32,000 bases of DNA, from the NCBI GenBank assembly GCA_021498095.1, contig JAIZWK010000001.1:3780001-3812000 (forward strand), given 5' to 3'. The notes beneath the pieces are model-generated. The model saw only the letters and a list, made by a program, of their open reading frames with translations. It was not told the origin of the DNA and did no database searches. This document shows positions 1-7,794 of the stretch, in pieces (positions within the stretch are counted from its first letter, which is position 1; every line of letters begins with the position of its first letter). Both the position numbers and the translations under genes were made by a program. The DNA is from Candidatus Harpocratesius repetitus. GTDB lineage: Archaea > Asgardarchaeota > Lokiarchaeia > Sigyniarchaeales > Promethearchaeaceae.

Positions 1-2
1 TT

Positions 3-2867
3 TCAGCTGCAGAAATAGTTGGAACATACACAGTAATAAAAGGAGATTATCCATTGTGTATTCCATATTATGGCACAAACCTTCAATCAGATTGGATAAC
101 GAATGACTTAGAAGGAGTAATCGATTTAGCCGTTGGTGATACTGATAATGATGGAAGACGGGAGATTGCAGTTGGTTGGGATTCACAAGTTGCAGTTTAT
201 GAATTGGATTCTTCAACAGATGGAACTGGCTTCATGGAATACACACAAGATTGGCTTTCTGATCCTTTCAAGAATGAATTTACAGGAATAACAATCTATG
301 ATACAAATGGAAATGGCTGGGAAGAACTTGGAATTTCTACAAAGCGGGGAAATGTTTATTTAATGGAATACCCAAATCCAACTTCAGAAAAAATCAGAAT
401 GATTCAATCAGAAGAATCGTGGAATAAAGATATTGGTATCTATGCAAAAACCCAGAATATGCTATCTTATGACTATGATAATGATAGTAATGATGAAATG
501 ATATTCATTGATTCTCTCAGTGGTCGCCTAAAATTGGTAAGTGAAACAGGAGACGAAGTTTGGAGTAAATTATATGGAGGAGGATATAGCAAATCTTTAA
601 TTTTGGCAGATATTACAAATGATTCTTTTCCTGAGATTTTATTCGCAAAAGAAAATGGATATCTCTATGTTGTTGACCTTAAAACGGGAGATCAATTGTG
701 GAATCGCTCAAACACAGGCGGCAGTGGAGGAGGCGATATTGAAGTAATTTTAGTAGGAGATATCGATAATTCAGGAATGCCTGAGGTACTATACTGTGAT
801 AATGCAGGTTGGCTTACAATCCTAGATTATCAAGGAAATTTCACTGCAGAATATGATTTAAATGATGGAGTAATCCATTCAGTATATTCAGCATCGTTAG
901 GATATTTCATGTCCACAACCAATCTGTCTTTGGCATATGGAAACTCTCAAGGAATTCTCAGAGTGATTAATCCGCTTAATGGAACGATCTTATATGAAAG
1001 TGCCCAAAATATAATTTCAAATAATCCTTCATACTGGTCTGTTCCTATATTGCACTTAGATCTTGATGATGATGGTTTGGAAGAATTAATAATTGGTGAT
1101 GATTGTTTGCGAATTGTTGATCCCTTCGACAATGCAATAATTTACAACTCTACTTATTATGGTGAAGTTCAAAATAATATGTTCTTAGCCAATTTCGATA
1201 ATGATGATGATTTAGAAGTGCTTGTTGAAACAGTAGATAATGGAATATTCATGGAAGATATTATTGCACGACAAACCAAATGGCATTACAGTCCATCTTC
1301 AGGAAATGTAAAGGATATGGATATTGGTCACTTCCAAGATGATGATTTACTAGATGTAGCTTTAGCTACAGAAGATGGATTTGTTATTGCTGTAGATGGT
1401 TTAAGCGGAAATATGATATGGTTCAATTACACAGGAGATCAATATGATGGACTTGAATGTTTATTCAAATCAAACTCTAACAAATCATATCCAACAGCGT
1501 GGGATAATGTAGGATTGATCCATCAATTCGATTCATACATTTTAAATCAAACTGAACCAGAGCCTGCATTCGTTGAGCGAGCATTAGATTATTCAGTTAA
1601 ATTAAACTCAAACAATGTAGATATTTGGAGTTCAGATATCAAACCAGATGGAGTAGACGAAGCAATTTGGCTTGAAGACGGACATCATATAGTAGTATGG
1701 GATTATTTATCTCGGAAAATAATTTGGGAAAAGAATTTCACTGATGATGTATCATTTGTCCGCTTTGGCAATATAGATAATACAACACAATATATGGAAA
1801 TTGTCGTTGTCTATGCAAATGATATAATTGAAGTCTATAATATTGAAGACGATACTATGTTGTTTGAGATTAAACCTGAACAATATTACAAACCAAAGGA
1901 AGTTATAGTTGCAGACTTTAATAGTGGATATTCAGGAGAAGAATTAGCAATACTATATGAAAAATCAGAAGGAGTTGATAATGGAACCATAGAATGGTAT
2001 GATTCGCTTGGAAAGTTTCTTTATCGAAGTGAAGCAGATTTCTCCACTGTAGGAAGCAAAATGATTCCAGTGCATTATTCTAGCTTAAGTACATTTGACG
2101 TTGCTGTTGCTGGTTATTTTGCGTATATTGATGTATTTAACGGCGGTGATGGTAAAAGAAGTCATCATCTCTATTATGCACCTTATGTATATGATTTTAT
2201 TGCAGGTGACTTTAATGGTGATGGCTATAGTGAAGTTGTTACATCTAATTCCATCGATACTGTTATTGCATGGGATTTAATTGGTGGTGGCTTCCTTTTA
2301 TCTTTAAGTTTTGGAACTGGAAACATATTACAAATGAAAATGGGTGATCTCTATTTAAATGATTCCAAACAAGAATTGGTTGTTAACGTAAACCAGCTTG
2401 GTGTAGCCGCTTATACAGATTCTGCATCTTCTACTGGTGATTATATATGGATTTTTAATGCACCCTTAATTATTGGAGAAAAAAACAGTGAATTCGAGAT
2501 TGCGGACCATAACAACGATGGTTATCAAGATTTATCCTTTAAAAATTATAATTATTGGAATGTAATCGATGGCCATACAAGTCGTTTATTATGGCATTAT
2601 CAATCAGATACCCCTATCTATGATTTTACAATTGGAGTTTTTGATGAAAGAGCGGAACAAATAGGAATGGTATATAGAGAAAATGATAGTATATTATTCA
2701 TTTCATATAAACCGACTGATCCATTAATGTCAGGTCAAGGAGCAGGAATTCCAGAAGCAATTGCAGGAATCACACCAGGGCAAATTGCAGCGACATTGTT
2801 TACAGTACCATTTTTGATTGCAGCAATTTATGTATTTTTGCATAGAACTCGCAAAATAAGAAGATAG
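3..2867 (+). CDS. FG-GAP/VCBS-repeat beta-propeller cell-surface protein with C-terminal membrane anchor (5'-truncated by window edge)
   Basis: The frame is open from base 3 (SAAEIVGTYTVIKGDYPLCIP...), so the TTG at 54 is not the real start. About 14 DxDxDG-like loops (GDTDNDGRREIAVG, ADITNDSFPEILF, GDIDNSGMPEVLY, LDLDDDGLEELIIG, GDFNGDGYSEVVT, ADHNNDGYQDL). C-terminal hydrophobic helix followed by basic tail HRTRKIRR. Confidence 0.85.
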   Translation, partial: SAAEIVGTYTVIKGDYPLCIPYYGTNLQSDWITNDLEGVIDLAVGDTDNDGRREIAVGWDSQVAVYELDSSTDGTGFMEYTQDWLSDPFKNEFTGITIYDTNGNGWEELGISTKRGNVYLMEYPNPTSEKIRMIQSEESWNKDIGIYAKTQNMLSYDYDNDSNDEMIFIDSLSGRLKLVSETGDEVWSKLYGGGYSKSLILADITNDSFPEILFAKENGYLYVVDLKTGDQLWNRSNTGGSGGGDIEVILVGDIDNSGMPEVLYCDNAGWLTILDYQGNFTAEYDLNDGVIHSVYSASLGYFMSTTNLSLAYGNSQGILRVINPLNGTILYESAQNIISNNPSYWSVPILHLDLDDDGLEELIIGDDCLRIVDPFDNAIIYNSTYYGEVQNNMFLANFDNDDDLEVLVETVDNGIFMEDIIARQTKWHYSPSSGNVKDMDIGHFQDDDLLDVALATEDGFVIAVDGLSGNMIWFNYTGDQYDGLECLFKSNSNKSYPTAWDNVGLIHQFDSYILNQTEPEPAFVERALDYSVKLNSNNVDIWSSDIKPDGVDEAIWLEDGHHIVVWDYLSRKIIWEKNFTDDVSFVRFGNIDNTTQYMEIVVVYANDIIEVYNIEDDTMLFEIKPEQYYKPKEVIVADFNSGYSGEELAILYEKSEGVDNGTIEWYDSLGKFLYRSEADFSTVGSKMIPVHYSSLSTFDVAVAGYFAYIDVFNGGDGKRSHHLYYAPYVYDFIAGDFNGDGYSEVVTSNSIDTVIAWDLIGGGFLLSLSFGTGNILQMKMGDLYLNDSKQELVVNVNQLGVAAYTDSASSTGDYIWIFNAPLIIGEKNSEFEIADHNNDGYQDLSFKNYNYWNVIDGHTSRLLWHYQSDTPIYDFTIGVFDERAEQIGMVYRENDSILFISYKPTDPLMSGQGAGIPEAIAGITPGQIAATLFTVPFLIAAIYVFLHRTRKIRR

Positions 2868-2872
2868 ATAAA

Positions 2873-2944
2873 TCGTTTTTTCGTTTTTTCGTTTTTTACC
2901 TTTTTACTTTTACTTTTACTTTTTTATAGGTATTTTTTTTTTTT
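2873..2944 (+). terminator. Iterated oligo-T tract, probable archaeal terminator
   Basis: CGTTTTTT x3, then ACTTTT-type units and a long T run immediately after the stop at 2867. Confidence 0.55.
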
Positions 2945-3046
2945 AATGCTTCCATCCTTCAAAAAAATTGTGGTTTTGCAATTGGGTGCATTCAAACCAA
3001 AAAAAATAAATTTAATCTCACTTTGTGATGCTTAGTTGAAGATCAC

Positions 3047-3292
3047 ATGAGAAACCCCTCTCTTCATTTACATTTTAAAACATTGTATGGCAAACCAGTA
3101 AAGATTCGAGTGCGCCTATATCAAACATTTCTCACCGGTACTCTCGTATCAGTAGATCAATATTCTAACATTCTGCTAAGCAATGCCACCGAATATCAAA
3201 AAGATGAAGAAACGGGTGAATTGATCGAAAAAGAAACCTATGCCAACCTGCTTTTGCGGGGAGACTCCATTATCAACTTATCAACTACCTAA
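3047..3292 (+). CDS. Sm/LSm family RNA-binding protein (SmAP)
   Basis: Sm1 motif GTLVSVDQYSNILLSNA and Sm2 motif LLLRGDSII. Directly upstream of rpl37e, a conserved archaeal arrangement. Confidence 0.92.
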   Translation: MRNPSLHLHFKTLYGKPVKIRVRLYQTFLTGTLVSVDQYSNILLSNATEYQKDEETGELIEKETYANLLLRGDSIINLSTT

Positions 3293-3319
3293 AAATCTAA
3301 ATATTCACGGTGACAACTT

Positions 3320-3571
3320 ATGGGAAAAGGAACACCATCATTTGGAAAGCATAATAAGGCTTCAACTCACAAAATGTGTCGTCGATGTGGAAATCACAGT
3401 TTTCATAAAAGATTAGGATACTGTGCCAGCTGTGGTTTTGGCAAAACATCACGATTGAGATCTTATAATTGGAATGTTAAAATTAGAGCAGCCAATGGAC
3501 AGAAAGCCAGAAATGGACGCAAAGAAATGTTTTTAAGAAAAGTTAAGGGAAAACACACCAAAAAGCATTAA
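3320..3571 (+). CDS. rpl37e: 50S ribosomal protein eL37 (L37e), with C-terminal extension
   Basis: [10 protein letters not shown] start, CRRC...CASC zinc ribbon, RSYNW motif. Confidence 0.97.
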   Translation: MGKGTPSFGKHNKASTHKMCRRCGNHSFHKRLGYCASCGFGKTSRLRSYNWNVKIRAANGQKARNGRKEMFLRKVKGKHTKKH

Positions 3572-3633
3572 TTTTTTTTCACGATTTTTAAATAGTAAAA
3601 ATTCTAAATACTAAAAATTCTAAATTAAAAATA

Positions 3634-3921
3634 TTAATATAATTTTATGTTAGGATTAGGGGTTAGCACCAAAATATCGTCTCCGACTCGGCCAATTGAC
3701 CCTCCATTACGAAGACAAATTTGTTTTAATTGATTCATAGTGTTTTTCAGAGTAATTAAATCATTTTGATGCTGTTCAAAGAATTTTTTCGTTTGTACAA
3801 AGAGAATTCGATTTTTTGCCAAATTTTCGCTGATTTGCCTTAAATCTCTTTGATCTTGTAGATCTAATTTACGAATGTAGACTGGCTTTGAGGATCTTTG
3901 ATCCACTGATGTTGTTCCCAT
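3634..3921 (-). CDS. sepF: Cell division protein SepF (archaeal type)
   Basis: C-terminal GGSIGRVGDDILVLTPNPNIKL matches the archaeal SepF/DUF552 pattern; overall size fits. ATG at 3921, alternative GTG at 3933. Confidence 0.8.
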   Translation of the reverse strand: MGTTSVDQRSSKPVYIRKLDLQDQRDLRQISENLAKNRILFVQTKKFFEQHQNDLITLKNTMNQLKQICLRNGGSIGRVGDDILVLTPNPNIKLY

Positions 3922-4226
3922 GATTTCACACACTCCATAGAATGAAAGGACACATTTTCATTCTTTAGTTTATTTTTCATAGATCAAACCCTTTGAACAC
4001 GGTTATTATGGAGTCAATATGCAGATCATCTCTACGGAAGATCTTTGCTGTAAAGCTAAATGATTAATGAAATTTATGAAACGAAAGGGGTGTTTACTTT
4101 TTTAGGAAATTACTCATATGGCTGATACAAGCATATTATATTAAGAAATTAATGAAAGTAAATGATCCATTTTAAAAATTTTAAGAAATCGGTATAATCA
4201 TTTGATAACTTGAGGATTTGAAAGCA

Positions 4227-5624
4227 ATGCCGACAATATTAGAAAAGATACGAGTATTAGGTGAAAATGGAAAATGGGACGTTTGTGCCAGTACTGCAGG
4301 AAATCGCAGTGAAATTGCCCCAAAATTGTTTTCAACCACAAAATCATCAAATAGCACATTTGGTTCGACCATCTCCTCAGGTATTTGTCATTCGTATACT
4401 CCAGATGGCAGGTGCGTTTCACTGTTTAAAGTTCTTTTTACAAATAAATGCATATATAACTGTCAGTATTGCTTTAACAACGTATGCAAGCAACGAATGG
4501 AATTTACCCCTGAAGAATACGCCAAGGTTTTTATAAAATTATATACGATGAACGTTCTCGAAGGTCTTTTTTTAAGTTCTGGTGTGTGTGGTGATGCAGA
4601 TGAAACAACCAAAAAAATGTTGAAAACGGTGAAACTTCTCCGATATAAATATGGATTTCAAGGTTATATTCATTTTAAATGTCTTCCTGGAACCAGCTAC
4701 TATCTCTTAAAGGAAGCGGTAAGATTGGTTGATAGGATATCAATTAATGTAGAAGCACCAACTAAAGAACACTTGAATGCAATCGCCAATCAAAAGAATT
4801 TTAATAATGATATCATCCAACGTCAAAAATGGATTAAAAGCATTCGCTATCGACATAATAAAGAAGTTATGAAAGAAATCCACGATTTGCAAGAAGATCA
4901 AAGAATTAAACTTCCGCCAGCAATTTACAATCCAACAGAAAAATCAACTGCTCATAACTTTTTCACCCAAAGTTCTGATACGAAATCAAAAAAGGGTTGG
5001 ATAGATGAACTTGGATTTGAGAGAAAAGCAACAGGTTATAATAAAATTCGCTGGGATAATGCACCGGTTCTCAATACGGGTCAAACAACTCAGTTTGTTT
5101 TAGGAGCCAGCGAAGAATCAGATTGGGATGTGCTTAAGCGTTTGGATTGGGAATATCGTGAGATAAATCTTCGTCGGGGTTATTTTTCAGCATTTTATCC
5201 AATAAGCGGCACCCCTCTTGAAAGATTAAACCCAACACCTTTAGATAGAGAACATCGATTATATCAAACAGACTGGCTTCTTCGTCTTTATGATTTTCGT
5301 ATACGCGATATAAAGGAGATTCTCACAGATGAAAACAACCTGCCATTGGGTGATCCTAAAATTCATTTAGCTTTACAATATTTCGGAAAAAAGACTAGGG
5401 TTGATCCCAATACCGCTCCAAAGGATGAATTATTAAAAGTTCCCGGGATTGGATTACAATCAGCCAATCGCATTATGCAGATGAGAGCTCACCATCAAAA
5501 AATCCGCACACGCGCTCAATTAAAAGCAATGGGAGTAGTTCTTAAGCGGGCAGAACCCTTTTTAAAAATAAATGGTCAAACCCAACGAAGAGTAACTGAT
5601 TATCTCCCAATACTCTCAGCTTAA
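4227..5624 (+). CDS. Putative DNA modification/repair radical SAM protein (TIGR03916-like) with C-terminal HhH
   Basis: KWDVCAS, GICHSYTPDGRCVSLFKVLFTN, CIYNCQYC (CxxxCxxC), EGLFLSSG, GQTTQF, REHRLYQTDWLLRLY, HhH LLKVPGIG. ATG at 4227, alternative TTG at 4218. Confidence 0.9.
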   Translation: MPTILEKIRVLGENGKWDVCASTAGNRSEIAPKLFSTTKSSNSTFGSTISSGICHSYTPDGRCVSLFKVLFTNKCIYNCQYCFNNVCKQRMEFTPEEYAKVFIKLYTMNVLEGLFLSSGVCGDADETTKKMLKTVKLLRYKYGFQGYIHFKCLPGTSYYLLKEAVRLVDRISINVEAPTKEHLNAIANQKNFNNDIIQRQKWIKSIRYRHNKEVMKEIHDLQEDQRIKLPPAIYNPTEKSTAHNFFTQSSDTKSKKGWIDELGFERKATGYNKIRWDNAPVLNTGQTTQFVLGASEESDWDVLKRLDWEYREINLRRGYFSAFYPISGTPLERLNPTPLDREHRLYQTDWLLRLYDFRIRDIKEILTDENNLPLGDPKIHLALQYFGKKTRVDPNTAPKDELLKVPGIGLQSANRIMQMRAHHQKIRTRAQLKAMGVVLKRAEPFLKINGQTQRRVTDYLPILSA

Positions 5625-5672
5625 TTCAATTTTTGTTTTCTAATTGAAGATGATAAAGTAAGGAGCACAAAA

Positions 5673-6383
5673 ATGAATAAATATCATAATTTAAATAGAC
5701 TAAATACAAATGGATGCATTATAACAAGATCAGCTTATCAATGTTATAGGAAAAAAGAGATTTTAGACCATATTCAGCGTCATGCTAATTATTCATCTTA
5801 TTTAGAAAAAAAAATTAGAGAAATACCTGAACCCATTTTACAATCTTCAAGTTCACCTTTTGCTAAGCAGATAAATTCGATGATTCGAGAAATATTCAAA
5901 GAGATGGATAGACAGCGCCAATTTACTCGAACACAGCTTTCATCAAGAGGAATTCTTTTTGGAACAATTCAATGTAGACATCATGTGGAAGATCTTATTT
6001 TAGAGTACTTTCATATCCGTTTTCCAGATTTTATTATTTGTCTTTTTAATGAATTGAAAAACCGCACTTGGGTTATTCTCGAATCGGCAGAAATACTATC
6101 ATTTTCGGAAGAACTGGAAGTTATTGTGGAAAAATTTTCACATTCCAGAAAAGAAATTGCGTGGAATTTAGATTATTTTGATGATGGTGAAAACTTAAAG
6201 ATTCCACAGGCAGAAGCATTATTTAACGAATTTTATACATCACAATTTATAAAAAAAAGAGAAAATAGACAGTATTTTCAAAAAATGATTCCAAAAAAGA
6301 TGAAAAATCATCCGGGATTAAGGGGGAAGATTGAAACAAAATTTCAAAATAATAGTTTGGACACTTTTTTAAAAAAATCTTGA
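5673..6383 (+). CDS. DUF4130/TIGR03915-like putative DNA repair protein
   Basis: C-terminal ALFNEFYTSQFIKKRENRQYFQKMIPKK resembles the family motif (LW..YF.SI.I..R.N...Q...MPKKY). Canonical position directly after the TIGR03916-like gene. Confidence 0.75.
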   Translation: MNKYHNLNRLNTNGCIITRSAYQCYRKKEILDHIQRHANYSSYLEKKIREIPEPILQSSSSPFAKQINSMIREIFKEMDRQRQFTRTQLSSRGILFGTIQCRHHVEDLILEYFHIRFPDFIICLFNELKNRTWVILESAEILSFSEELEVIVEKFSHSRKEIAWNLDYFDDGENLKIPQAEALFNEFYTSQFIKKRENRQYFQKMIPKKMKNHPGLRGKIETKFQNNSLDTFLKKS

Positions 6384-6490
6384 TCACTCTTGTTTTATGT
6401 CTTATTTTATGGTTGTTATTCTATATTTTCTTCATCCCATTATTCATTTAGGAGAAACTTTTATAAGAGAGTTATTTATGATAGGATAGA

Positions 6491-7078
6491 ATGCCATTTA
6501 CACCCTTTCATTTTGGACACGCTCTTCCATTTTGTTTTTTAGATTGGAAAAAAAATCGAATTGATTTACTTTCAGCATTATTAGCATCGGTAATCATTGA
6601 TGCAAGAGCTACATATATTTTTCTATTTCATTTAAATGCACCATTTCACGGAATTCTTCATAATTTTTTTATGGCTACAATATTGGGAATATTAATTGGA
6701 TTATTGATGCAAGTTACTCAAAAATGGTGGAATCCACTACTTAAGAAGATTGATTTGGAGCAGCACAGTTCCTTAATCGGAAAAGTTGCAATTGCTTTGT
6801 TGATGTCATGGATTCACGTTTTTTTGGATGCCACAATATATCCTGAAATGAATCCATTATGGCCTTTCCAATCAGGAAATTTTTTTTTCGGTTTGCTTAG
6901 TTCTGGTCAAGCATATACAATTTGCATGTTTGGATTTATTATCTCATGTGTACAAATTGTGGGTTATTATTTTTATCGAAATTTACGAAAAGAGCATGAT
7001 TCAGATGCATTATTAAGACAACAAGGTGAATATCAACAAAATCTTCTATCCATTAGTAAATCAAAAACAAATGATTAA
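6491..7078 (+). CDS. Membrane-bound metal-dependent hydrolase (DUF4184/YdjM-like)
   Basis: MPFTPFH start, HGILHNF, SWIHVFLDA, MNPLWPF motifs, several transmembrane segments. Confidence 0.75.
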   Translation: MPFTPFHFGHALPFCFLDWKKNRIDLLSALLASVIIDARATYIFLFHLNAPFHGILHNFFMATILGILIGLLMQVTQKWWNPLLKKIDLEQHSSLIGKVAIALLMSWIHVFLDATIYPEMNPLWPFQSGNFFFGLLSSGQAYTICMFGFIISCVQIVGYYFYRNLRKEHDSDALLRQQGEYQQNLLSISKSKTND

Positions 7079-7279
7079 AACTAATTATTTTTTTATACTA
7101 ATTTTGAATTATGAATAATTATTCATAAATTGATCTACTCTCTGTTAAATTTAATTACAATTAAAAATTAGTCGAAGAAGAGTCTTTCCATTAGTTTGAT
7201 TTTTGTAAATCGAAAAAGTTTTCCAATTTATAAGAACAAAAATTTTTAACTCATATTTCATTAATTATATTTAGAGAAT

Positions 7280-7293
7280 TTAGACATACCTAA
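7280..7293 (+). promoter_or_regulatory. Putative DtxR/MntR-family metal repressor operator upstream of feoA
   Basis: TTAG-ACATAC-CTAA (TTAG-N6-CTAA) lies between a TATA-like TTATATTTA (~7265-7273) and the feoA ATG at 7316. Confidence 0.55.
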
Positions 7294-7315
7294 CAAACTC
7301 TCCTTGTGAACACAT

Positions 7316-7597
7316 ATGGTGCAATCAAATTTAAATTTAAATTTAAAGCATTCTTCAACAATCTCTTTGGCAGATGTTTCACTTCAAACTTGGTGTGTTG
7401 TAAAATTCATTAATGCTGGAATCAAAGCAACAAGTCGCTTAACAGGTTTAGGAATCACACCTGGAGTAAGAATAAAAAAGTTAAGTCAAGCTCCTTTTCG
7501 GGGACCGGTGCAAATTGAAGTTCGTAATACACGCTTAGCAATTGGACAAGGTTTGGCTCGAAAAATTATAGTTGAAATCGAAAATATCAAGAAATAA
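7316..7597 (+). CDS. feoA: Ferrous iron transport protein A
   Basis: RLTGLGITPGVRIKKLSQAPFRGPVQIEVRNTRLAIGQGLARKIIVE; upstream of feoB. Confidence 0.95.
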   Translation: MVQSNLNLNLKHSSTISLADVSLQTWCVVKFINAGIKATSRLTGLGITPGVRIKKLSQAPFRGPVQIEVRNTRLAIGQGLARKIIVEIENIKK

Positions 7598-7794
7598 ATA
7601 TGGATTCTCAAACTTCATAGGAATTCATAGAATAAACAATTAAGTTCTTTTAATTTATCACTTGTATATTGAGGAAAAAGGTTTTCTTTTAAGGAAACTA
7701 TTGGAAAAGAAAATGATTTTAGAAGAATTATGGTAGATTTCATTTGTTTTTTTATCAAATTGATAAAATTAAAGGATAAGTTAAGGAATAAATA

